Part shown: positions 1-8,703 of the stretch, piece after piece
Layout of the letters: each line of letters opens with the position of its first letter
Numbering within the stretch: position 1 is the stretch's first letter
Source of the DNA: a virus
Lineage: Duplodnaviria; Caudoviricetes
DNA: 57,168 nucleotides
IMG/VR virus record: IMGVR_UViG_3300002855_000221
Coordinates: 1-57,168 of that record
Strand: one strand, 5' to 3'
Made by a program: the position numbers and the translations under genes
Notes under the pieces: model-generated
What the model was told of the DNA's origin: nothing
Seen by the model: the letters and a program-made list of their open reading frames with translations, nothing else
Databases searched by the model: none

Positions 1-204
1 CTACTTTTTAAGGGTGGCTTCTCTTCTTGCGATATTTACGGATATTTCGATCATGATCTTGTATAATTCCTTGAGGTCGTCTGGGGCAGGATCTCTGTCA
101 GGGGTTACAATTGTTATCGTTCCATGTTTGCCTCGGATTTGTCCCAGCAATCGCTCACCATCCCTATGTTCAGCGGACTTATCATTTGCCTCCAGACACT
201 CCAT
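1..204 (-). CDS. Putative recombination directionality factor (SprB-like)
   Basis: 67 aa at the end opposite an SprA-like integrase; DDLKELYK resembles my recollection of SPbeta SprB (NDLDEFYK); RBS AGGAGGGA. Confidence 0.55.
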   Translation of the reverse strand: MECLEANDKSAEHRDGERLLGQIRGKHGTITIVTPDRDPAPDDLKELYKIMIEISVNIARREATLKK

Positions 205-248
205 CTACATCCCTCCCTATTGAAAACTTATTCATGAACCCCTGCTGC

Positions 249-752
249 TTATTCGCCCTTTGATACATCAGATAGCCTCAATATATTCAAGTCATCGAAT
301 TTAAGTATTAATCTATAGAACGCCTTGTTTCTTATCTTGCCGTACGTGTCCTTACTTCTCGGCGGCTGGAATTCAAAATTGTACACGTGGTGGTCAGTGA
401 TATAGTCGGAGTCATTTGTCATGTATCTTTTCTGTATCAGAAATCGTTCCATTTTAGGCAACTCATTTACAGCCCTTTCAACCCTTTCACAAAACGACTT
501 CCTTGCTGCTCGTTGGTCAACATTATGAATTGCTATGTTGGCTGTTTGATCCGACTTCGTTCCTGTAAATCCTTTGGGTGTATCCGACCAAGATGCGGTC
601 GTGCTTGCCTCTCTTTCCTCAAAAGAAACATATTTATAGAGCCTGTACTTTTCCATTATTCCCTCGACCGCAGACTTGGTTTTTTTGTTATCAAGTTGCG
701 GAAGATCTGGGAGCTCTAAACGTATTTGTTTCAACTTGCTCCTCACCTCCAC
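249..752 (-). CDS. ArpU-family late transcriptional regulator
   Basis: ERAVNELPKMERFLIQKRYM...TYGKIRNKAFYRL pattern; at the end of the early operon. Confidence 0.85.
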   Translation of the reverse strand: MEVRSKLKQIRLELPDLPQLDNKKTKSAVEGIMEKYRLYKYVSFEEREASTTASWSDTPKGFTGTKSDQTANIAIHNVDQRAARKSFCERVERAVNELPKMERFLIQKRYMTNDSDYITDHHVYNFEFQPPRSKDTYGKIRNKAFYRLILKFDDLNILRLSDVSKGE

Positions 753-796
753 AATCTAAGGGGATGACCCCCCCGACCGATGCCGGGGCCTTATCA

Positions 797-1279
797 TCAA
801 AACGGCAGATCATCTTCATTCGGCATCGGCGGTCCGCCCTCAGCTGCTGCATTTGCCTCTTCCAGTGTCATCTGATTCGGATCCACCTCGACTGTACCGT
901 CCTGGTTGATCTTGCCTTTCAAACCTTCCCGATACTTCTTCTGATGTTCCCGGAACTCCTCAACTGTCTGACTGGCCTTGGAGATCGTTAAGATAACGTC
1001 TGTGCCAGAGAGGCTGTAGAATGCGCTGCTGCTTTCTTCGGATGTTCCGCCCTTTACCTCGAACTCCAGCACGGTCTTTTTATCATCCCTGTTGAGTTTC
1101 TTGAATTCGGCTTCGACGGTGAATTCGCCGAGGTCTTCAATTTTTAATACAACCACGCTGCGGGATAACGCGCGGAGCTCTTCTTTTTCCTCATCCGCAC
1201 CCTTGATCCAGAATGTCATGCTCTCCTTTTTGCTGTCGCGAGTTTGTTTATTGAATAAGGCCTTGATTGTAATAGACAC
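797..1279 (-). CDS. Hypothetical protein with SSB-like acidic tail (EDDLPF)
   Basis: Two internal beta-rich repeats; C-terminal DDLPF. Confidence 0.6.
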   Translation of the reverse strand: MSITIKALFNKQTRDSKKESMTFWIKGADEEKEELRALSRSVVVLKIEDLGEFTVEAEFKKLNRDDKKTVLEFEVKGGTSEESSSAFYSLSGTDVILTISKASQTVEEFREHQKKYREGLKGKINQDGTVEVDPNQMTLEEANAAAEGGPPMPNEDDLPF

Positions 1280-1282
1280 GGC

Positions 1283-1459
1283 TTATTTCCCCTCTCGTTT
1301 ATCAGTTAGATTAATTGCTGGTCCTTGCGGTATATTGACCACCTTCAGCGGTTCGAACAGTTTGGCCGTAAACTGCAGCATGCTGTTCTGCTCATCCGTC
1401 AGTGCTATAGGGTATAAAACTCCGTCTTTGCAGTAGAAGAGAACAACGCCGTCTTTCAT
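1283..1459 (-). CDS. Hypothetical protein (58 aa, MKDGVVLFYCKDG...)
   Basis: Hand-translated; RBS GAGGAGG; ATGA overlap with upstream gene. Confidence 0.7.
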   Translation of the reverse strand: MKDGVVLFYCKDGVLYPIALTDEQNSMLQFTAKLFEPLKVVNIPQGPAINLTDKREGK

Positions 1460-1593
1460 TTCTCCTCCTCGCTAGCGTCCAGTTGGATGTTCAATCCGTA
1501 CCGTGCTTGAGATTTTGCAAACTCATCCGTGGATATTTCAAGGATGTTTTTAAGTGCGGCCTTCATTCGTAAATACTCTTCTTTTTGCGTCAT
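1456..1593 (-). CDS. Hypothetical protein (start at MTQKEEY)
   Basis: RBS GGAGGT; fits operon packing. Confidence 0.6.
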   Translation of the reverse strand: MTQKEEYLRMKAALKNILEISTDEFAKSQARYGLNIQLDASEEEK

Positions 1594-1759
1594 TTCACTA
1601 CCTCCAATACAGTTACTTTCTCGTGGAAAGTTGGACAAAGGCTCCACGCTTCACACGAGTAGCTTTCATCAACCTTTTCATGCTCTTCCTCAACGGTGCA
1701 GATTAATTCGTCATTGTCATCAGAAAATGCATGGATACAAGAGAGGCAGTTTTGGTTAT

Positions 1760-2188
1760 TCATATCTCCAAAACCTCATATTCGATATCCCACTCGCCTT
1801 CTTCCCATTTCCTTAAGGGGAATGTATCCACGGTGAAATAACCATCCTGACAAAGGTTTACTTCTCGCTTTTTGATGACATCCAAATAAAATCCGCATTC
1901 TTCATCCGACCATTTGACCACGGCTTTTTCATTCCAATCGAATGTTAAACCGCCACCCAGTTCCTGCGTCCCAGTGATTAAGACAGTTACATTCTCGTAA
2001 ATCTCTTTACCAATGCGATCAGGGAGACCAACGTATTGACCTACTGTTTTAGGATCGACTTCAAATATTCCGTATGTGCTGTAAATCTCTGCTCTTTTGA
2101 CTCCATCGTCTTCCCATATGAAGGCGCCAAACCCGAACACCAACTCGCCGTTATCCAGTCGCTTCCCGCGGAATTTGTACTCTTTCAT
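1760..2188 (-). CDS. YopX family protein
   Basis: MKEYKFRGKR...EVDPKTVGQYVGLPD...EIYE. Confidence 0.88.
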   Translation of the reverse strand: MKEYKFRGKRLDNGELVFGFGAFIWEDDGVKRAEIYSTYGIFEVDPKTVGQYVGLPDRIGKEIYENVTVLITGTQELGGGLTFDWNEKAVVKWSDEECGFYLDVIKKREVNLCQDGYFTVDTFPLRKWEEGEWDIEYEVLEI

Positions 2189-2288
2189 GGTCAGCCTCCT
2201 CAAACTTGATTCGACATCCAAAATTGAATTTTTGGATTACTAAAATACCTAGAATGCAAGATCTCAATTCCGAAAGGAGGTAGATCTT

Positions 2289-2426
2289 GTGTTTAGAAGA
2301 TTGATATATTTCATACTCACTGTGTCCATTAAAGCTCTACACAACAGATATGTGTTCTGGTTGTTTGTTAACCCGTTATCTGTACAAGCGTTCCTCGTTG
2401 CACTCATATCTAATTTCATGCTGTAG
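2289..2426 (+). CDS. Small hydrophobic peptide (45 aa), counter-oriented; type I toxin-like
   Basis: RBS AAGGAGGT then GTG; MFRRLIYFILTVSIKALHNRYVFWLFVNPLSVQAFLVALISNFML; downstream hairpin GGGGAGG/CCTCCCC at 2435-2453. Confidence 0.55.
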   Translation: MFRRLIYFILTVSIKALHNRYVFWLFVNPLSVQAFLVALISNFML

Positions 2427-2458
2427 ATCAAGTTGGGGAGGATTACCCTCCCCTGAGG

Positions 2459-3208
2459 TTAAAATAGGGTTAGCTGCATTTGATCAATGCGGCGTTGACC
2501 ACCGGTTGCATATTCAGGATTCTTCTCGATTACAATGTAAGGCCGGTTGCACCGTGCAGCAGCTACTGCAGTCGTGCAGCTTCCGCCGCAATTATCAAGG
2601 ACTGTCTCCCCTTCATTCGTATAAGTCTTTATAAAGTATTCCAATAACGGTACAGGCTTTTGATTTGGGTGAATACGTTCTGGATCGTCATTGTTTACCA
2701 CTGGGAAATAGACCACACTTCGCGGATAACGTTCTGTTGACCCTGCTGGATTTGACCACGGCGTACCCTTTCCATAAACTGTTGATTTGTGGTTGTTCGT
2801 AGCTGCATTCATTGGCTTATGTCCTTGACTCATCTGCGGGTTATAGGTAGGTGTCCTTTTGTAAAACACAAGGAGGTATTCATGCGCCTGCATAGGCATG
2901 ACTGATTTATTCAAGTGGCCTGTTGCTTTGTTTTTCTCCCATACCCAATCATATTTGTATAGTTCGAGATTGCTTGCAGCCAAAACCTTATCGAATGGAG
3001 CTTTTGCAAATAGCATTATTGCCCCGTTATCCTTAATAATCCGTTCGTATTCGGGCCACAAGCTTTCAAAGGGAAGCACGGAATCCCATGGGCTTCTCGT
3101 GGTCCCATATGGCAGATCGCAGAAAATCATATCTACGCTGCCGGTCGGTATTTGTGGGAACACATCGAAGCAGTCAGCATTGATAATTTGATTTAGGAGT
3201 CCTTTCAT
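2459..3208 (-). CDS. DNA adenine/N4-cytosine methyltransferase (beta class)
   Basis: DLPY catalytic motif, HPNQKP, DNCGGS SAM-binding motif. Confidence 0.92.
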   Translation of the reverse strand: MKGLLNQIINADCFDVFPQIPTGSVDMIFCDLPYGTTRSPWDSVLPFESLWPEYERIIKDNGAIMLFAKAPFDKVLAASNLELYKYDWVWEKNKATGHLNKSVMPMQAHEYLLVFYKRTPTYNPQMSQGHKPMNAATNNHKSTVYGKGTPWSNPAGSTERYPRSVVYFPVVNNDDPERIHPNQKPVPLLEYFIKTYTNEGETVLDNCGGSCTTAVAAARCNRPYIVIEKNPEYATGGQRRIDQMQLTLF

Positions 3209-3224
3209 TCCGTCTTATCCCTCC

Positions 3225-5153
3225 TTAATGCACCATTGCCGGGATCTGATCTTCTTGCGGCGCAACCCATACCGGGTCCCAACTCATTTCAAAGGTAATT
3301 CCAGCATCTGCTTGAGCTGCAGCCAGTAGGATTACATTGCCCATAGCCTCGGCAGCATCCGGCGGTACTGCGTTTCCAATGTACTCACGGGCCTTGGCGT
3401 CTGAGCATCCCTCAAGTTGGAATGGTCGTCCATCGGGCAGGTACTGTGGAAAGCTCTGGATCATTGCCAGTTCATAAGTTGTCAAAGGACGGTGCCGAGT
3501 ACCATCCAGAGAAATGATCGTCCAGATGCCTCGCTCATTATCAGATGGGATACGAGGGTCAGCGACGGCTACTGCTGCTGCATGAACATCCGCACTACCA
3601 ATAACCGTCTTACTCGGCTTATCCCATTCAAGGACCCCCATGGTATCAGCACGTGGGGCACTCTTCATCCGCGGATCTGCGATGAGTTGGGCACCATTCT
3701 GAACGTCGGTCGATCCGGTTACGGTCCCGGCTGGTCCGTCTGCCGACTGCATGCGGAACTGATCAGAGTATCGCCCTGGTCTATCCGGTACCCGTGGATC
3801 GGACACGCTTCCTGCTGCCTGCATGATGCGGTTGGCGGAGCGGACTGTCTTGGCCGTGGCATCCCAGTCCTGAACGCCGTAGCTGTCCGGATGCAGCTTG
3901 GTATTCACTCGCGGATCAGCAACTGCAATTGCTCCCGAACCAAAGCGTGTGCCCGTTACGCACGGTGCTGGTTCATCCGCTCGAACAATCCGATACACAC
4001 CTGGATGTCTTCCTTCCCGTTCCGTGAGGTTGGGGTCAGATATGCAGCCAGCTCCCTGATTGGGACCAGCAGCTCCTGTAATACAAGTTGCCGGTTCATC
4101 AGCGATCTGCACCCGAAACAAATTCGTTTTGCCTTCCCCATTAATTTGCAGACGTGGATCAGATACAGCCGTCACGCCATTACTTCGACCAGGTCCTGCC
4201 GTACTGGTGACTGCTCTGCTTGGCTTGTCCCAATCGGCCACCTCGTAAGCACCGCTGCGAGGTTGATGTACAACGCGGAGGTTTTCCCAGTCGATCTTAT
4301 TGAGATCCCGCCAGTCTCCCCCAGCAGGGATAAGGGCAAGCCGCATCCATGTTTTCCATTGAAGCCGTGGGAGTTTGTGGAGTGGTCCGCCTGCAACTGT
4401 GTCGCCCGGCTCTGGAAGGTTTTCCAGCACGCTTCCGATGGACCGCAGCGGCTTCTTCTCCGGATAATAGATTACATTCGGCACCTGTGCTTCATGACGA
4501 GCTTTGATCAGGAAGCGGACACGATTTTGGCCAAGCCCGCCTATCTCTCCAAGGTTGTGATCTGCACGAATGCTCACTGCATATCCGTACTTGACCAAGA
4601 GCTTCTTGATTTGCTGGAGCAGCGGCTTCCCGCGGGATGTAATTCGCGGCACGTTCTCCAGCTGAATAACAGCCGGTAATTCCCCTCCGTACTCAAGACA
4701 CGCCTGCAGTACGATTTCAAGTCCATGTACAGTCAAGTAGTTGAGAGCTTGGTATTTATCAGAAGCGGCCTTGCCTGCCGGAAGCAAACCGCTCAGTCCC
4801 TTGCATGGAGGTGATAGAAACAGGAAGAAAGGAACCTGCTGTTTGAACGCCTGCCAAATATCCCAAGGGGTTACTTCTTGCCATTCTGGCGGTGGTTCAT
4901 GACCGTGCCAGGCGACGTATTGCCAACGTTTGAAGAGGTCCATCTGAACGGATGTTTCCTCTCCGGTAATCAGATCATGATTTCGGCATGCAATCGGATC
5001 GCTATCGATCGCGCATAGGACCTTGAACTTGTAAACCTTTCCGCCATACTCCACCTGGGAACGCATTGCACCGGCGGTGGCTCCCCCTACTCCTGCAAAA
5101 AGGAAAGCGGAGGTTTTGTATTCGATATTTTCTATTGCCTGCAAAGACGTCAC
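3225..5153 (-). CDS. C5-cytosine DNA methyltransferase with six internal repeats
   Basis: FAGVGG (motif I), SPPCKG (IV), ENV (VI), QNRVR (VIII), IGNAVPP (X). Confidence 0.92.
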   Translation of the reverse strand: MTSLQAIENIEYKTSAFLFAGVGGATAGAMRSQVEYGGKVYKFKVLCAIDSDPIACRNHDLITGEETSVQMDLFKRWQYVAWHGHEPPPEWQEVTPWDIWQAFKQQVPFFLFLSPPCKGLSGLLPAGKAASDKYQALNYLTVHGLEIVLQACLEYGGELPAVIQLENVPRITSRGKPLLQQIKKLLVKYGYAVSIRADHNLGEIGGLGQNRVRFLIKARHEAQVPNVIYYPEKKPLRSIGSVLENLPEPGDTVAGGPLHKLPRLQWKTWMRLALIPAGGDWRDLNKIDWENLRVVHQPRSGAYEVADWDKPSRAVTSTAGPGRSNGVTAVSDPRLQINGEGKTNLFRVQIADEPATCITGAAGPNQGAGCISDPNLTEREGRHPGVYRIVRADEPAPCVTGTRFGSGAIAVADPRVNTKLHPDSYGVQDWDATAKTVRSANRIMQAAGSVSDPRVPDRPGRYSDQFRMQSADGPAGTVTGSTDVQNGAQLIADPRMKSAPRADTMGVLEWDKPSKTVIGSADVHAAAVAVADPRIPSDNERGIWTIISLDGTRHRPLTTYELAMIQSFPQYLPDGRPFQLEGCSDAKAREYIGNAVPPDAAEAMGNVILLAAAQADAGITFEMSWDPVWVAPQEDQIPAMVH

Positions 5154-5323
5154 TCCTTCCCCTTCGCTTTGGATCTAAACTTGATCGGCTTCGTATGCGA
5201 TGCAGGAATCGGCTTACCGTTGATAAGTGCCAACTCTTCCGGACTTAGCGTGTATTTTTTAATTTCACTTGGTCGTGTTGCCCCCTGGATTTCATTCTTC
5301 CAGTTCGGTACCGATGTGCCCAT
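5150..5323 (-). CDS. Hypothetical protein
   Basis: Start MGTSVPNW with RBS; coupled to the methyltransferase. Confidence 0.6.
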   Translation of the reverse strand: MGTSVPNWKNEIQGATRPSEIKKYTLSPEELALINGKPIPASHTKPIKFRSKAKGKE

Positions 5324-5324
5324 G

Positions 5325-5780
5325 TCACTCCACTCTCCTTCTGTTATCCGAGTCAAGATGAAGTTCAATAGCCATCCGGCATATATCAAACTTGCTTCGG
5401 TTTAATTTACGAGCAGCTTCCGAACGCTTGCCCCTGTAATTCTTGTAATTTTCAAGCATCCATTCTTTTTCTTGTTCGGTCATATTTAGAGGTGGATCGG
5501 GAGGTATCTCAGGTTCTACGAAGGGCATTATGATAGCCGATTCGTCATCAGATAAAATGAACTTGCCTCTTCCGAGTTTCTCAAGGATGTTTCTTTGGAC
5601 TAAAGCGCTCGTAACTTGTGCAAAACTTGTTGGGTTCATGTTGATTTTGGATGAAGCTACTTTGCTGGAACGGCCGTGCATGAAATATGATTTCAAAACT
5701 TTGGACTGATCTTCGGTGATGTAATCCTGATTCAGAAGATACTCAATCCGTTCATTGATCTCTTCGTCCAACTTAGGCAT
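5325..5780 (-). CDS. Putative HTH DNA-binding protein
   Basis: Start MPKLDEE after GAGAGGAG; HTH-like segments (SEAARKLNRSKFDI). Confidence 0.6.
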   Translation of the reverse strand: MPKLDEEINERIEYLLNQDYITEDQSKVLKSYFMHGRSSKVASSKINMNPTSFAQVTSALVQRNILEKLGRGKFILSDDESAIIMPFVEPEIPPDPPLNMTEQEKEWMLENYKNYRGKRSEAARKLNRSKFDICRMAIELHLDSDNRRRVE

Positions 5781-5796
5781 ATCCTTGCTCCTCTCC

Positions 5797-6480
5797 TCAA
5801 AATAAGAACGGTTGTTCTGTCGTTTGGGTGTGACTATCCGCCGCCGCAGGCTTCCCCCGGCGTTTGGTTGGTTTTGATTTTGGTTTCTTCTTCTTCGATT
5901 CCGAGTACTCTTTGTATCCTTTCGGATCCACGATGGACCATATGACTTCTTGCTGGTACTCCAGATGGAATTGAGCCAGCAGTTTCTCCCCGTTTCGGAC
6001 CTGGTACACCGCCTCACTGATCCTGGCAAGTACATAGGCATCAGCGATGTTCTCCGTCGGGGGCTTATCTCCCCAATGTTCCTCAACAGCAGCCATCACA
6101 CGGCGTTTAACTTCTTTGCCGTCAAGTTTCACCTTGCTCCCAGGCTCACCTTCCCATTCGGATACATTAACGAATTTTTTCAGTTGGTTAGGAGTTGCCG
6201 TGAAGAACCTGCCGACTTTCCGGTCTGTCCCCAACCTGGCGCCCCAATTGAATCCGCTGGAAACCTTGTTTGTATCGAATTTTGCTTCCATCGCAAAACC
6301 TTCAATACAGACTTCATCATCTGGCTTTAGATGCCGGTAGACTTCATTGAGGATCATGTTTATACGAGCTGGCGCACTATCTCCTTTAGCAACAAACTCA
6401 ATCCAGCCGATGAGCTTGCCATCTGGTCCAATAGCTACAAACCCCGTGTGCGTTGCCGGATCAATCCCGACATGCCTCAT
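5797..6480 (-). CDS. RuvC-like Holliday junction resolvase
   Basis: VGIDPATHTG, VCIEGF and NIADAY acidic motifs. Confidence 0.8.
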   Translation of the reverse strand: MRHVGIDPATHTGFVAIGPDGKLIGWIEFVAKGDSAPARINMILNEVYRHLKPDDEVCIEGFAMEAKFDTNKVSSGFNWGARLGTDRKVGRFFTATPNQLKKFVNVSEWEGEPGSKVKLDGKEVKRRVMAAVEEHWGDKPPTENIADAYVLARISEAVYQVRNGEKLLAQFHLEYQQEVIWSIVDPKGYKEYSESKKKKPKSKPTKRRGKPAAADSHTQTTEQPFLF

Positions 6481-6611
6481 GTTTGTTCCCCCGCCTTCCG
6501 GCGAAGCTGAAGCTCCCGGGCAGCTGCATATTTTAGATCGTTGTTGCAATCCTCATAAAGGGCAACCTGCAGCAACTCCTCTCTGCTTGCCTTCCGCACA
6601 TCCACTTGCAT
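6477..6611 (-). CDS. Hypothetical protein (44 aa)
   Basis: Hand-translated MQVDVRKASREELL...; RBS; ATGA overlap. Confidence 0.6.
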   Translation of the reverse strand: MQVDVRKASREELLQVALYEDCNNDLKYAAARELQLRRKAGEQT

Positions 6612-6621
6612 CCTCTCCTCT

Positions 6622-7011
6622 TTAATCATCAAGCCAATCCATTAGCTTGTTCGAAGGTTTCTCTTTGACTGGCTGCGTTGGCTCCTGTGGTTCGTTCTTC
6701 TTCTCTATTTCAGGTTCTAACGGTTCAGGTATAGGTTCAGGATTTACAGGGTCTTCCTCTTTTGTTCCATCAAGCTCCTGCCACTCCCAGCCGAGTAGCT
6801 TGTATTGTTCACGCAACCCTGGGAATGTCTGAACCAACTCCCCTCGGCGGTAATATTGCACGAGCTTAGCAGTCCGATCGTATACGGCTTGCTTCTTGGA
6901 ACGCTCTTCCGGAGTCATAGGGCTCAGCGGATCATCCAGCTGCGCAGCAATCGTGACAAGACCGCTAAGAGCTTTGCTATACTGTTCATCGTTTTGAATG
7001 AGTTTGCTCAT
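6622..7011 (-). CDS. Hypothetical protein
   Basis: ORF coupled to the helicase. Confidence 0.7.
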   Translation of the reverse strand: MSKLIQNDEQYSKALSGLVTIAAQLDDPLSPMTPEERSKKQAVYDRTAKLVQYYRRGELVQTFPGLREQYKLLGWEWQELDGTKEEDPVNPEPIPEPLEPEIEKKNEPQEPTQPVKEKPSNKLMDWLDD

Positions 7012-8335
7012 ACTCCCTCACCTTCTCCGCAAGCTTTTCCTTTTGTTCCTTGCTCAGGTTGATAAAGCGCCCAGTTTTTCGGTCGAAGACCATCTCCACC
7101 GTCGCCGTCCCGATCTTACGTCCTTTAGCTATGATCAATTCGATAATTCCTTTCCGGACAGTATCCGGGTAATAGTAGTCGTCCCGATAAAGAAACATGA
7201 TGATATCTGCGTCAAACTCGATATTTCCAGATTCCCGAAGGTCGCTCATCATCGGCCGCTTGTCCTGGCGCTCCTCGCACTTCCGGCCCACGGAGCTGAT
7301 GGCGATGACCGGCACATCAAAGGTGCGGGCGATCTGTTTAAGCTGTTTGGATACGTAATTCACCCGATCTGCGTTCTGGTTGAATTTCTTCTCGGTTTCG
7401 ATCAGCTGCAGGTAGTCGATGTATATGATCAGGTTCTTGTGCTTCTTCTTCATCGCCTTTACCTGCCGACGGATATATTCAATGGTCATCCCCGGAGTGT
7501 CGTCAATGTAGATAGGCAGGCTGTCGAGAATCTCAAGCGCCTTGCTGTAGCTATGCCAATCATTTTCCGATAGGCGTCCAGCACGGACTTTCTTGCTGTC
7601 TATCCCGCCAATCGTACAGACATAGCGTTCGGCCACGTCTAGCCCCGGCATTTCGGCTGAGAACAACGCTACTGTATAACCGTTTTCTGCAGATGACCTC
7701 GAGTCGTTGACTATATAAGCGGTCTTTCCGATACTTGGCCTAGCAGCAACGATCAATACATCCTGTTTCTGATGCCCGCCTGACATCTCGTTAAAATCAT
7801 CACTGGCCGATTTTGCACCAGTCAGTCCAGCGCGGCTGCCCCGTGCCATTATCTCCTTGGGGTGTCCATCCAGAACGTCGGAAACTTTCTTCATCCCATC
7901 GACCTGCGTTTGCCCCTGGAGCTCTTCCAGTTGCTCAAGGCTCTCACGAACTGAACTTAGATTTAGCGCCCCTCCGTTCAAGACTTCACGCATTACTCTG
8001 GCGGCTCGTGATTGAATGCTGTTTTCACGAACAATTTTCTGATAATGATCAAAGTTGGATGTTGATGGAACAGAGTTCCGTAACTGCATGAGATAGGTCC
8101 AGCCGCCAATTTGTCCAAGCTCAGATCCCCAATGTTTAGCAAGTAATACTGGATCAAAGGGATCTTTCACACCCGGCTTGTTAGATAAGTTTTCATGTGC
8201 CCAACTCAATGCCTTGTAAACCAACCCGTTATTTCCTTCTGGATCGAAGTCATCGGTTCTAAGGTAACAGTCGTCAATTAAGTCTGGATTCTTCAGGATC
8301 GAACCGAGCACTGCCTGTTCTGCCTCAAAGCTCAT
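6986..8335 (-). CDS. Replicative DnaB-like helicase
   Basis: AARPSIGKT Walker A, IDYLQL, SDLRESGNIEFDAD. Confidence 0.96.
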   Translation of the reverse strand: MSFEAEQAVLGSILKNPDLIDDCYLRTDDFDPEGNNGLVYKALSWAHENLSNKPGVKDPFDPVLLAKHWGSELGQIGGWTYLMQLRNSVPSTSNFDHYQKIVRENSIQSRAARVMREVLNGGALNLSSVRESLEQLEELQGQTQVDGMKKVSDVLDGHPKEIMARGSRAGLTGAKSASDDFNEMSGGHQKQDVLIVAARPSIGKTAYIVNDSRSSAENGYTVALFSAEMPGLDVAERYVCTIGGIDSKKVRAGRLSENDWHSYSKALEILDSLPIYIDDTPGMTIEYIRRQVKAMKKKHKNLIIYIDYLQLIETEKKFNQNADRVNYVSKQLKQIARTFDVPVIAISSVGRKCEERQDKRPMMSDLRESGNIEFDADIIMFLYRDDYYYPDTVRKGIIELIIAKGRKIGTATVEMVFDRKTGRFINLSKEQKEKLAEKVREYEQTHSKR

Positions 8336-8703
8336 TTCCGGTTCACCTTCTTCTCCAGCAGCTGCTCAAGTTGAACCCGCACATGCTCCGGCATAGGTAC
8401 TGCCTTTTCGTTGTACTCAGCCAAAGCTAGCTGATCGGCTTCTTCTTGTTCCCTCTGAAGCTCATAAAATGATCGGGGTTGCCCTTGGCACGCTTGATAA
8501 ATCTCCCCTGGAGTAGGAGGGAATTTAGTCTTAGTCCGGCAAAGTTCCCTTGTCTTTTCGATCGCCAATTGATTTGGAACATCTTGAAGGATGTCGTACC
8601 AAACCGCTACCTCTTGCTCGACTTGATCATCATCTGCCGTCCGGAAGCTCCGGTAAGCCCCTGCGATGTACTTCATCAGTAATATCACGCCTGCGCGATC
8701 CAT
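8332..8703 (-). CDS. Helicase loader/inhibitor (SPP1 G39P-like)
   Basis: WYDILQDVP...KFPPTPGEI; lies between initiator and helicase. Confidence 0.75.
   Translation of the reverse strand: MDRAGVILLMKYIAGAYRSFRTADDDQVEQEVAVWYDILQDVPNQLAIEKTRELCRTKTKFPPTPGEIYQACQGQPRSFYELQREQEEADQLALAEYNEKAVPMPEHVRVQLEQLLEKKVNRK

Noticed and set aside
3417-4679. 420-aa plus-strand ORF
   Set aside because: Antisense shadow of the methyltransferase with no recognisable motif; the same applies to 41710..42738 and 54053..54928
2459-5153. Restriction-modification system
   Set aside because: No cognate endonuclease; orphan methyltransferases in an early operon are typical anti-restriction genes
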